From contig NW_021832432.1 in assembly GCF_006345805.1 (NCBI RefSeq), forward strand, positions 1-64,000: a DNA stretch of 64,000 nt. Direction: 5' to 3'. Origin of the DNA: Octopus sinensis (taxonomy: Eukaryota). The notes beneath the pieces were generated by a model, which made no database searches, had not been told where the DNA came from, and worked only from the letters and a program-made list of their open reading frames with translations. Within the stretch, counting starts at the first letter, position 1; every line of letters starts with the position of its first letter. Both the position numbers and the translations under genes were made by a program. Shown one piece after another: positions 24,753 to 36,721 of the stretch.

Positions 24753-25318
24753 GGCAGCGAGCTGGCAGACACGTTAGCGCGCAGGGCGAAATGCTTAGCG
24801 GTATTTCGTCTGCCGCCACGTTCTGAGTTCAAATTCCGCCGAGGTCGACTTTGCCTTTCATCCTTTCGGGGTCGATTAAATAAGTACCAGTTACGCACTG
24901 GGGTTGATGTAATCGACTTAATCCGTTTGTCTGTCCTTGTTTATCCCCTCTGTGTTTAGCCCCTTGTGGGTAGTAAAGAAATAGGTATTTCGTCTGTCGC
25001 TACGTTCTGAGTTCAAATTCCGCCGAGGTCGACTTTGCCTTTCATCCTTTCGGGGTCGATTAAATAAGTACCAGTTACGCACTGGGGTCGATATAATCGA
25101 CTTAATCCGTCTGTCTGTCCTTGTTTATCTCCTCTGTGTTTAGCCCCTTGTGGGTAGTAAAGAAATAGGTATTTCATCTGTCATTATGTTCTGAGTTCAA
25201 ATTCAGCCGAGGTCGACTTTGCCTTTCATTCTTTCGGGGTCGATAAATTAAGTACCAGTTGCGTACTGGTGTCGATCTGTTTGACTGGCCCTCTCCCCAA
25301 AAATTTCAAGCCTTGTGC
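24753..25318 (+). mobile_element. SINE family B trimeric composite
   Basis: Two restarts at AAAGAAATA|GGTATTTC. Confidence 0.9.
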
Positions 25319-25367
25319 GTAAAATAGAATATATGCAGGAGTCACTTTGGCATTTAAATGATATTCT

Positions 25368-25607
25368 TTTATTTGTTTCAGTCATTTGACTGCGGCCATG
25401 CTGGAGCTTCGCATTTAGTCGAAGAAAGCGACCCCAGGACTTATTCTTTGTAAGCCTAGTACTTATTCTATCGGGTCTTTTGCCGAACCGCTAAGTTACG
25501 GGGACGTAAACACAACAGCATTAGTTGTCAAGCGATGGTAGTAGGACAAATACACATGCAAACACTCAGACACACACACACACACCCACACACACACACA
25601 CACACAT

Positions 25608-25663
<56 letters not shown>

Positions 25664-25790
25664 GAAGGGCTTCTTTCGGTTTCCGTCTACCAAATCCACT
25701 CACAAGGCTTTGGTCAACCCGAGGCTATAGCAGAAGGCACTTGCCCAAGGTGCCACGCAGTGGGACTGAACCCGGAACCATGTGGTTGCA
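25368..25790 (-). mobile_element. SINE family A
   Basis: Both halves with (CA)/(TA) tract between. Confidence 0.87.
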
Positions 25791-26136
25791 TAAATTTTTT
25801 TTATTATTATTGATTTTGCTACAACTTTTTTTTCATATATTTGTAATACTGTCTTCATAATATGACACAGTAATGAAAGAAGACAATGTATCATCTACAG
25901 CAATCCCTCACCATATCGCGGTTTACCTATCGCCGTTTAGTACTTAAGCTTACGCCGATTCCTCTGTGGTGTTGTTTTGCATTTATAATAAAATATTACG
26001 GAGATGTACTCGCATAGCAAGTAATTTGATCTGAGATCGTGTGCTGAAACGAAAACAATTGCAGCGTGGAAGGTGTTTATAAGCCATTTAAGAAACACAC
26101 AAAAGCCGTTCGATTCACTTCAACATTTAAGTTTAA

Positions 26137-26186
26137 TTTGTCAAAATATTTTCGTCGCTAAAATCCGCGACCTGTTCACTGACAAA
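26137..26186 (-). ncRNA. Minimal type-I hammerhead motif, G3-C8 core (GUGAACA)
   Basis: TTTGTCA-GTGAACA-g-GTCGC(ggatttta)GCGAC-GAAA-ATAT-TT-TGACAAA. Confidence 0.8.
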
Positions 26187-26219
26187 GTCCGTGCTGCATC
26201 TCTGAGATGCAGCACGGAC

Positions 26220-26269
26220 TTTGTCAGTGATCAGGTCGCGGATTTTAGCGACGAAAATATTTTGACAAA
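26220..26269 (+). ncRNA. Minimal type-I hammerhead motif, G3-C8 core (GUGAUCA)
   Basis: TTTGTCA-GTGATCA-g-GTCGC(ggatttta)GCGAC-GAAA-ATAT-TT-TGACAAA. Confidence 0.8.
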
Positions 26270-26633
26270 TTAAACTTAAATGTTGAAGTGAATCGAACGG
26301 CTTTTGTGTGTTTCTTAAATGGCTTATAAACACCTTCCACGCTGCAATTGTTATAATAAAATAAATATATACAAATTATAAAAACAATTTTAAAACATAC
26401 ATAGTTCAGTACCGCTTCTACTTCGCGGATTTTCACCTATCGCGGGGGTGGTTTTAGAACGTAAAACCCTCGATAGTCGAGGGATCACTGTATTTTCAAT
26501 ATAATAAAAAAGAAAAACAAGCTTAACCGCCAACAAGACAATTTAAAAAAAAAAACTCATCGTATACCTGCAAAGAACGTAATCTAAAAACCAACAGCGC
26601 ATATCCAAACACACTTAATTTCCTTGATGGGAA

Positions 26634-27010
26634 TGGAAGCACTCCGACGATGAGGGTTCCGGTTGATCCGAATCAACGGAACAGCCTGCTCGTGAAATTA
26701 ACGTGTAAGTGGCTGAGCACTCCACAGACACGTGCACCCTTAACGTAGTTCTCGGGGATATTCAGCGTGACACAGAGAGTGACAAGGCCGGCCCCTTGAA
26801 ATACAGGTACAACAGAAACAGGAAGTAAGAGTGAGAGAAAGTTGTGGTGAAAGAGTACAGCAGGGATCACCACCATCCCCTGCCGGAGCCTCGTGGAGCT
26901 TTTAGGTGTTTTCGCTCAATAAACACTCACAACGCCCGGTCTGGGAATCGAAACCGCGATCCTATGACCACGAGTCCGCTGCCCTAACCACTGGGCCATT
27001 GCGTCTCCAC
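26634..27010 (-). mobile_element. SINE family C, tail alpha
   Basis: Near-identical to 32693-33079. Confidence 0.92.
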
Positions 27011-27399
27011 TGATATTACACTATGTTAGCAGTGACAACCTCTACCCCTTCATACGATCCAACTAAAGCCCATTATACATTAAGACGAAGTTCTAATTAC
27101 TTACCTTCCTTTATTAAGATTCTGGATGAGAGAATCAGTATACGCTTGACAAAAATAGCCTTAGATGAGGCCATTTTTACAAGATCCCCGCAATGATATG
27201 CTGATACTTAAAAGGCATGTAGCTTAGTGACGAAACTGTTGAACTCAGAAGTGTAAAGTTGTAGGTTCGAATCCAGGATCCAGTTGTACATTGCATCCTT
27301 AAACAAGACATTTCACTTATGTTGCCCTTGTTTATTCAGTAGCATCTACTTGTCTGTCTATCTGCCTGTCTCTCAGTTTATCTATCTATCTATCTATAT

Positions 27400-27830
27400 T
27401 AAAGCCTTAAAACTCTACTCTCTCCAGCGCCGCCGCGAGCGGTACATCATTTTTACGATGTGGAGAATATACCGCCAGCATTACCCAAACGACCTGTACA
27501 TTAGTTACAAGGTTCATCCAAAGCTGGGACCACGGGCCATACGCCCCCTGCCCAATTCAATATCACAACATATAGGTACACTGCGGCATAATTTCTTTTC
27601 CTCAACAGGTCCTGCCCTGTTTAACATTGTCCCAAAACTGATTAAAGAGGAAAAGGATCCCATCACCTTTAAACGGAGTCTGGACAGATTTCTTCAAGGA
27701 ATACTAGATAAGCCACCCATACCTGGATACAACTCACTCAACAAGAACTCACTACTTGAATGGACCATAAACAAAACTTAACTTTAAAAGGATTTAGATA
27801 ATCCTATCAGGCGGTGTTATTAAGTTAGAC
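27400..27830 (+). pseudogene. CR1/L2-group LINE 3' end (ORF2 C-terminus + 3'UTR)
   Basis: LKLYSLQRRRERY...FFSSTGPALFNIVP...FKRSLDRFL matches the LxLxSLxxRR...GPxLFNxLP...FKxxLDxxL pattern. Confidence 0.85.
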
Positions 27831-27914
27831 ATGGCCTGGACCAATCTTTGGTGGAAACATATCTAAGTTTTTAAGTTTTTTTAATCTGTTTATCTATTTG
27901 TCTGTCTCTAACTG

Positions 27915-27985
<71 letters not shown>

Positions 27986-28151
27986 TTGTTTGTCTGTCTC
28001 TAAGTTTATCTATCTATCTACCTGTCTATCGACCAGCCATAAATCTTGTATATATATATATTCTTAGTTTCATACATCCATGAACCGTCAAAATTATATT
28101 AATAAATCTGTTACGGATAATTAAACCTCCTCATACCTCCTATATATTTAA

Positions 28152-28389
28152 GGCGGCGAGCTGGCAGAAACATTAGCAAGCCGGGCGAAAAGCGTAGCCG
28201 TATTTCGTCTGCCGTTACGTTCTGAATTCAAATTCCGCCGAGGTCGACTTTCATCCTTTCATCCTTTCATCCTTTCGGGGTCGATAAATTAAGTACCTGT
28301 TCACTGGGGTCGATGTAATCAACTTAATCCGTTTGTCTGTCCTTGTTTGTCCCCTCTGTGTTTAGCCCCTTGTGGGTAGTAATGAAATA
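28152..28389 (+). mobile_element. SINE family B, CpG-rich copy
   Basis: Consensus match; TTCATCC slippage triplication. Confidence 0.9.
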
Positions 28390-28496
28390 TATATATTTGA
28401 TATACACAGCAGTATGCAATGTTTTACCAAAAAAGGAAAACTATAATTGTCACTAAATATGAGCATACATTTGCCACAGCATGACCGTTACTCTCG

Positions 28497-28647
28497 AGCT
28501 GTGTGATAAGTAGCTTGCTTACCAAGTACATGGTTCCGTGTTCAGTCCCACTGCGTGGCACCTAGGGCAAGTGTCTTCTAATATAGCCTCGGGCTGACCA
28601 AAGCCTTGTGAGTGGATTTGGTAGGCGGAAACTGAAAGAAGCCCGTC

Positions 28648-28701
<54 letters not shown>

Positions 28702-28724
28702 GTGTGTATATATATATGTATATA

Positions 28725-28816
<92 letters not shown>

Positions 28817-29036
28817 GTATGTATATGTGTGTGTGTATATCTGTGTTTGTTCGCTCACCATCGCTGGACAACCGATGCTGGTATGTTTACGTCCCCGTCA
28901 CTTAGCGGTTCGGCAAAGAGGCCGATAGAATAAGTACTAGGCTTAAAAGAATAACTCCTGGGGGCGATTTGCTCAACTAAAGGCGGTGCTCCAGCATGGC
29001 CGCAGTCAAATGACTGAAACAAGTAAAAGAGTAAAA
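28497..29036 (+). mobile_element. SINE family A with about 200-bp internal microsatellite
   Basis: Both halves match 2135-2531. Confidence 0.88.
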
Positions 29037-29204
29037 TAGTAAAATATGAGACATAGTTAGGTGAGATGAATGTGTCCTGCACGCCACGAAATTTTAACTC
29101 ACATGGCCCTGTTTCAAACTATCTTTAAATGTCTAAATATTTAAATGGATGTGAGTGCGCGCAGGCGTGTGTGTATGTATGTGTCTGTGTGTTTATCTAT
29201 GTAT

Positions 29205-29362
29205 CAGTGTCGGACTGAGAGTATTAAGGGCCCTCGGGTATAACTGTTTACCGGGCCCCTTTGAATGTGTGTTTTAGTAGAGTTAATATGTAGAGTGCGG
29301 AACCCTGAAAGCTCCGGGCCCTCGGGCAGTGCTCGATTGACCGACGGCTCAGTCCGACCCTG
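29205..29362. mobile_element. 158-bp hAT-type MITE
   Basis: TIR CAGTGTCGGACTGAG / CTCAGTCCGACCCTG; perfect 8-bp TSD CTATGTAT (29197-29204, 29363-29370). Confidence 0.93.
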
Positions 29363-29640
29363 CTATGTATATATGGTTCAAAGTTGGTGAATTTATGTAC
29401 GTAAAACATAATAACCAAACGAAGTCCAGTAACCAGATTTTCTTATATTTTTTTCACTGTATTTTTCTCATTATATTTCGTGGTATTGAAATCACTGTGT
29501 TTCATTTGGATAACATTGATTTTCTTTATCTTATCTCACAAAGACAACAATAGAGAATTCGTTATAGGTTAATTTTTAAGTGGTTAATTATTAAGTGCTA
29601 AGCCTCTACGCGAATAAGAGCAATCAAAAAATCCTTTCTG

Positions 29641-30028
29641 CTATAGGCACAAGGTCTGAAATTTTGGGGGAGAGGATGAGTCGATTACGTCGATCCTCAG
29701 TGTGCAACTGGTGCTTAATTTATCGACCCCGAAAGAATGAAAGGCAAAGTCGACCTCGGCGGAATTTGAACTCAGAACGTGAGGACAGAGGAAATACCTA
29801 TTTCTTACTTCCCACAAGGGGCTAAATACAGAGAGGACAAACAAAGACAGACAAACGGATTAAGTCGATTATATCGACCCCAGTGCGTAACTGGTACTTA
29901 TTTAATCGACCCCGAAAGGATGAAAGGCAAAGTCGACCTCGGCTGAATTTGAACTCAGAACGTAGTGGCAGACGAAATGCCACGAAGCATTTCGCCCGGC
30001 GTGCTAACGATTCTGCCAGCTCGCTGCC
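29641..30028 (-). mobile_element. SINE family B composite
   Basis: Same architecture as 11174-11553. Confidence 0.88.
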
Positions 30029-30142
30029 TTAGAGTAATCTAATAATGAATGGGAAAAGCATACAGAGGTGTTTGTAATTTCAGTAGATTTATTCAAGACT
30101 TCATATATGAATCTGTAAGTTATATTTTTAGGATAATTTTAG

Positions 30143-30237
30143 CGCAAATTTGTGATGCGAAAATTTGTGATACGAAGCAAATTTGTGATACTAAGTAAAT
30201 TTGTGATGCGCAAATTTGTGATACGAAGCAAATTTGT
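30143..30237. repeat. Minisatellite built on AAATTTGTGAT(G/A)CG
   Basis: Six AAATTTGT repeats. Confidence 0.85.
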
Positions 30238-30765
30238 TCCAAAATACACAAGTTAAGTAATGGAATACTTTTAACAAAAGCTGTATCAAAAATAAGTAGT
30301 CCGCTAAGTTATGGGGACGTGAACACACCAACACCGGTTGTCAAGCAGTAGTGGAACACACGCACACACACACCCACACACACACACACACTTACACACA
30401 CATACACGTGCTCCGAGGTAGATTCCGTCCACCTTATTTATGGTAGTGTCATAGTATTAGTTACTTGGCCAAGGTGCCGTGCAGGTGGGGGAAAACTAGA
30501 ATCACTCAACTGAAACGTGACTTTCTTGAGCACACAACTACACCTGTCTGTGTCCTGTAATGAGTTTTCATATCCGGATACACAATAGTATACCATGAAT
30601 ATCTATCTACATTTTACTTTCTTATTAACATTTCCAAGATACATTTCCAAGAAGACGATATACTCGCTGAAGATCAGTTTTGACTTAAATTATAACTATA
30701 TACAGAGAGAAAGAGATGGTTCAAGAAAAAGATTTTTTGACCACTGGTTTGTACATCACGTGGGT

Positions 30766-31000
30766 ACTTTGGCTATGTAGTTGCTGCATAGCCAAAGTGC
30801 CAACGTAGACTGAAGTAACAGTGAACAGGTCGCGGTCTCAAAGCGAAAATATTTTGACAAATTAAATTTAAATGTTGAAGTGAATCTATCGGTTTTGTGT
30901 GTTTCTTAAATGGCTTATAAACACCTTCCACGCTGCAATTGTTTTCGTTCCAGCACACGATCTCAGATCAAGTTACTCGCTATGCAAGTACATCTCTCAA
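30766..31000 (+). mobile_element. Copy of the G3-C8 hammerhead repeat preceded by a 15-bp hairpin
   Basis: GTGAACA-g-GTCGC...GAAA-ATAT-TT-TGACAAA (stem II partly deleted); continues to AGTACATCTC, matching 26001-26053 in reverse. Confidence 0.85.
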
Positions 31001-31162
31001 CACTGCCTCCGTACAATTAAAACTGTGGCTGCGCACTGCGCCAAAGAAACTTGAATTAACGTGGAACTGAGTCAGACATTTTGGTTGGGAAGAGCTAAGT
31101 TGATTACATCGCTTCCCGTACTCAACTGATACTTATTTTATCAAACCCGAAGGAATGAAAGG

Positions 31163-31228
<66 letters not shown>

Positions 31229-31419
31229 TGTGTCTGTGTTTGTCCCCACCATCGTTTGACAACCAATACTGGTGTGTTTACATCTCCGTAACTTAGCGGT
31301 TCGGCAAAAGAGGCCGATAGAATAAGTACTAGGCTTACAAAGAATAAGTCCTGGGGTCAGTTTGTTCGACTAGAGGTGGTGCTCCAACATGACTGCCGTC
31401 AAATGAGTGAAACAGATAA

Positions 31420-31732
<313 letters not shown>

Positions 31733-32188
31733 CTCTTCGATGTTTTAATTATTATGAATCTTCCCCTGAGGAGTGAGCCGGTTTCCAGCAAATATACAAG
31801 GCTCTATCTTTGGAATGTAGTTAACACAAACAAATTCACATTTGGAACTTGAGAAAAGCCTTGCATATTTTTACTGCTCCACTCACAGATTGCACATGTA
31901 ATGTACGAATCAGCCGATCAATTTCTCTTTCCGAAAATCACAGTTTATCCAGATTCTCTTTTAAGCATTTACTAATAAAAACCTAATGCTCAAATTATTC
32001 GTAATCTGGATATAGAAGCTGGAGCTTTCGAAGCAGTTGCCCATGGATATCCTCTTTTTCTTTGATTTTCAGAAATATTTATATCTGCAGGCAGCTAAAC
32101 TCTATGATGTTACATACCTTCACCCCACTGTCCCAAGCAACAATATCCGGTCTGTTATGCTTACATTCCACCAGTATTCCTTGAGTTA
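31733..32188 (-). pseudogene. RLE-type (R4/Dong/NeSL-like) non-LTR element 3' end
   Basis: KHNRPDIVAWDSGVKVCNIIEFSC (PD-(D/E)xK-type endonuclease)...VQSVSGAVKICKAFLKFQM*. Confidence 0.8.
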
Positions 32189-32238
32189 GTATGTATGTAT
32201 GTATGTATGTATGTATGTATGTATGTATGTATGTATGT

Positions 32239-33079
32239 GTGGAGGCGCAATGGCCCAGTGGTTAGGGCAGCGGACTCGCGGTCATAGGATCGCGGTTTCG
32301 ATTCCCAGACCGGGCGTTGTGAGTGTTTATTGAGCGAAAAACACCTAAAAAGCTCCACGAGGCTCCGGCATGGGATGGTGGTGATCCCTGCTGTACTCTT
32401 TCACCACAACTTTCTCTCACTCTTACTTCCTGTTTCTGTTGTACCTGTATTTCAAGGGGCCGGCCTTGTCACTCTCTGTGTCACGCTGAATATCCCCGAG
32501 AACTACGTTAAGGGTGCACGTGTCTGTGGAGTGCTCAGCCACTTACACGTTAATTTCACGAGCAGGCTGTTCCGTTGATTCGGATCACCGGAACCCTCGT
32601 CGTCGTAACCGACGGAGTGCTTCCATCCATGTATGTATGTATGTATGTATGTATGTATGTATGTATGTATGTATGTATGTATGTATGTATGTGTGGAGGC
32701 GCAATGGCCCAGTGGTTAGGGCAGCGGACTCGCGGTCATAGGATCGCGGTTTCGATTCCCAGACCGGGCGTTGTGAGTGTTTATTGAGCGAAAAACACCT
32801 AAAAAGCTCCACGAGGCTCCGGCAGGGATGGTGGTGATCCCTGCTGTACTCTTTCACCACAACTTTCTCTCACTCTTACTTCCTGTTTCTGTTGTACCTG
32901 TATTTCAAGGGGCCGGCCTTGTCACTCTCTGTGTCACGCTGAATATCCCCGAGAACTACGTTAAGGGTGCACGTGTCTGTGGAGTGCTCAGCCACTTACA
33001 CGTTAATTTCACGAGCAGGCTGTTCCGTTGATTCGGATCAACCGGAACCCTCGTCGTCGTAACCGACGGAGTGCTTCCA
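32239..33079 (+). mobile_element. Direct tandem pair of family C SINEs (32239-32625, 32693-33079), tail alpha
   Basis: A box TGGCCCAGTGG, B box GTTTCGATTCC; copies differ by two 1-nt indels; separated by (ATGT)n. Confidence 0.95.
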
Positions 33080-33109
33080 TCCATGTATGTATGTATGTAT
33101 GTATTATCA

Positions 33110-33350
33110 CTGGCAATTTTATAAGTACCCTTGCGGATATTGAATTTTAGTGCGATGCTGTTTAACAGATCTTCCTTTATCATTCTGACATCTTCCAGTG
33201 TGTCCTTTACAGCGAGTATATCGTCTACATATCTAGCGTATATCGTATGCTTATGTCTTAGAACTATGTTGTTTTCAGTTACAGACACATATAATGCTGC
33301 TACATTGAACCTTATTAGTGAACCTATGGCAACTATTCTCGTGTTTATAT
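33110..33350 (-). pseudogene. Penelope-like reverse transcriptase fragment
   Basis: VAIGSLIRFNVAALYV...IYARYVDDILAV (AMGS-like and YVDD motifs). Confidence 0.8.
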
Positions 33351-34612
33351 AATTTGCCGTGTGGCGGACACAATGATAAAGTCTCCAATATACAAAAAGC
33401 AGGATGGTCTTGGCCTGTATGCCTTTTTATCACAGGTCTGCTCGATCAAATTTAATCAAGGCTAAACAGCTCAAACAGCCTCTATGCAGTAGGTGTATCT
33501 GCTAGATGTTTCAGCCAGAACTCTCGAAATCACAGCCTATCAGAATGTAGTTCCTAATATATAAAAAGATACATGGTCACGACTGAAAGTTTTCATCACA
33601 GATGCCAAAATTTGAAACTGATATTGCTAATGACACACATCAATAGTAATCTATTGAGTAAATGGCTGCAACACAACGACATATAAATGAAAATATCTTA
33701 ACATCAACAAATGTCATGACAGAAAAAGCAAGATTGGGAGAGAAAGTAATAAAATATGAAATTTGCAAACATTATTCTCTTCACACTAAATTAACACTCT
33801 TTTCAAAATTCTCTTTTCAAAATATATTGACGTAATAATTGTGCTGAAGCATAATGTATAATCTAGAAAACCTCCTTCAAGTTATGAATGAAGGAAACTG
33901 AAGTTACAATTATCTCGCTTCATTTGTTTGAAAACGCCCAGTATTTCTGAAAAAGAATGTTTTTACCCAGTAACGAATAAAGTAGGACACGTTTCGTAAC
34001 GCTCTAATCTTATACTAGAACTAATCAAAAATATATATGAAACTAGAAAAACCATTCAGCTTTGATATTTGAAGTTGTGTGAAACACTAGATATTACACC
34101 ACTAATTAACATCTGATTATTTGTTAATAAGTTTTATTTATTTATTCATTACCCTTTGTAAATACTTTGACTTTTAATTCATAAATCGATGTCAACATGG
34201 AAAGGACAGAAAAACTAATCGAGTAATTTCGTAATTAAGCTTTGGTCAGGAAAATGTTTACAATTCGTTGTGTATTGAATTAGTTAATTATTATGTACGT
34301 TTATGAATGTTTAACATGCAACTGTTGATTAACCCCCAGGTGAGCCCTGGCCGAACAAATCTATAATCAAAGATTCAAGCAGTGACAATCCCGATATATT
34401 TTAACAAAATAAATACCAACAGTCATTTTTTACCTATTTTAGCTTTCAATTTGCTATTACCCGAAGCACAGAAATGTTAACATGTTGGATTTGCATGACT
34501 TTTCATGAATTTTGATGTTTTATACCCTATGGTAATTTCCTTACGTCATATGTTTTCCAAAATCTTGCGCAACCACCTAGAAATATACTAAAAGATCTAT
34601 ATCAATCAACTC

Positions 34613-34760
34613 TCAAATAAAAAAAAACTGACGATCAAATTAAAACAACATAACTTCAAATTAAAACAATGTAATCTCAAATTAAAATAAACGAATTTCA
34701 AATTAATACAAATTAATCTCGACTTGAAACAACTGAACTGTGATCTAAATCATATTAACT
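34613..34760. repeat. Degenerate 21-bp tandem repeat
   Basis: TCAAATT-type starts at 34635, 34656, 34677, 34698, 34719. Confidence 0.8.
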
Positions 34761-35798
34761 TTAATTTAAATCCGATGTACTTTTTATTTAAAACAAATAA
34801 ATAACAACTTAAAATACAATGAATTCTTATTAAAATAACTACACTAACATCGATGAAAAATATACACAGGCTCTGAGATAGATTCCGTCCACCATATTTC
34901 TATGGTAGGGATATAGTATTGGTTATTTGACCAAGGTGCCATGCAGGCGGGGGGGGGGACCGGAATCACACGACTGAAAAGTGAATTTCTTGAAGGCATA
35001 GCAACACATGCTTGTCACAAAGTCTGTGTCCTGAAATGGGCTTTCAGTTTAACAGTATAACATGAATATCTATTTATATTTTACTTTCTCATTAACATTT
35101 CCTAGTTGCATTTCCAAGTATTTCCATACCGAAACGAAACGCAAAAGAAGCTATTTTCGCTATAAAAATTGTAAGCAGAAATAGACGGTCGATTAGGTTG
35201 CAGTAATTTAATGCTACTTATTTTATAAAACCTCGCTTTTACAACATATAACAAACCTCGCTATAACAACCCTGAATGGATCTGCACACAGACTTGAAAG
35301 GGTACTAGACTTAGATACAGCCAAGCCTTTGTGACAGATTTCAAATACAAGCAACAGCAAACAATCCTCAATAAATAGCTAGGCTTTTTTTAAAGGTTTG
35401 TTTGCCCATATTTTTGTTTCCACTAAGAATACGACAACTTCTAAGTACAATCAATAAAACTGAACTCTGTATATGGGTGGGGTGGGGTGGGTTTTCTTAT
35501 GGTGCTCTTTTATCTTTTACTTCCTTAGGTCCTTAGACTACGGCCATGCTGGAGCACCACCTTGAACGATTAATTTTTAGTCCAATGAATCGACCCTAAT
35601 ACTTGCTTTTGTTTAGCCCGGTACTTATCCTATCGGTCTTATTTTTTGCCGAACCGCTAAGCTATGGGAACGTGAACACACCAACACCGGTTGTCAAGCA
35701 GTAGTGACGCATACACACACACACACACCTATATACATATACATATGTGTGTGTATGCATATATATATATGTATATATATGTATATATATATGTGTGT

Positions 35799-35839
<41 letters not shown>

Positions 35840-35846
35840 GCGTGTA

Positions 35847-36113
35847 GAGGGGCGTGGTTTAGCGTTTAGAGTGTCAGCATCATGATCGTAAGATTGTGGT
35901 TTCGATTCCTGGACCGGGCGACGCATTGTGTTCTTGAGCAAAACACTTCATTTCACATTGCTTCAGTCCACTCAGCTGGCAAAAATGAGTAACGCTGCGA
36001 TGGACTGGCGATCACATACGCCACGGAAACCGGGAAACCGGACCCATGAGCGTGGCTAGGCTTTAAAAGGGCGCGTTTATTTATTTATACATATATATAT
36101 GTATGTATATATA

Positions 36114-36172
<59 letters not shown>

Positions 36173-36435
36173 GTGTGTGTGTTGTGTGTGTGTGTGCGTG
36201 TGCGTGTAGAGGGGCGTGGTTTAGCGTTTAGAGTGTCAGCATCATGATCGTAAGATTGTGGTTTCAATTCCTGGATCGGGCGACGCGTTGTGTTCTTGAG
36301 CAAAACACTTCATTTCACATTGCTTCAGTCCACTCAGCTGGCAAAAATGAGTAACGCTGCGATGGACTGGCGATCACATACGCCACGGAAACCGGGAAAC
36401 CGGACCCATGAGCGTGCTAGGCTTTAAAAGGGCGC
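35847..36435 (+). mobile_element. Tandemly duplicated CORE-type SINE D, tail gamma (35847-36074, 36209-36435)
   Basis: 362-bp period including flanking microsatellite; a few substitutions between copies. Confidence 0.92.
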
Positions 36436-36439
36436 GTTA

Positions 36440-36467
36440 TTTATTTATACATATATATATGTATGTA

Positions 36468-36557
<90 letters not shown>

Positions 36558-36560
36558 ATA

Positions 36561-36596
<36 letters not shown>

Positions 36597-36602
36597 TGTA
36601 TG

Positions 36603-36633
<31 letters not shown>

Positions 36634-36646
36634 ATGTATGTGCATG

Positions 36647-36678
<32 letters not shown>

Positions 36679-36687
36679 ATGTGTATG

Positions 36688-36721
<34 letters not shown>

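Larger units (their letters stand above)
26054..26352. repeat. Near-perfect palindrome: 149-bp arms, 1-nt spacer, 1 mismatch
   Basis: Centre at 26203; only mismatch 26175/26231; ORF track shows mirror peptides. Confidence 0.97.
25898..26490. mobile_element. Tigger/pogo-like MITE carrying the palindromic insert
   Basis: Ends CAGCAATCCCTC / GAGGGATCACTG with TA on both sides. Confidence 0.75.

Noticed and set aside
26073-26333. Mirror ORFs MFISHLRNTQKPFDSLQHL...
   Set aside because: A consequence of the palindrome; the homologous copies shift frame, so not protein-coding
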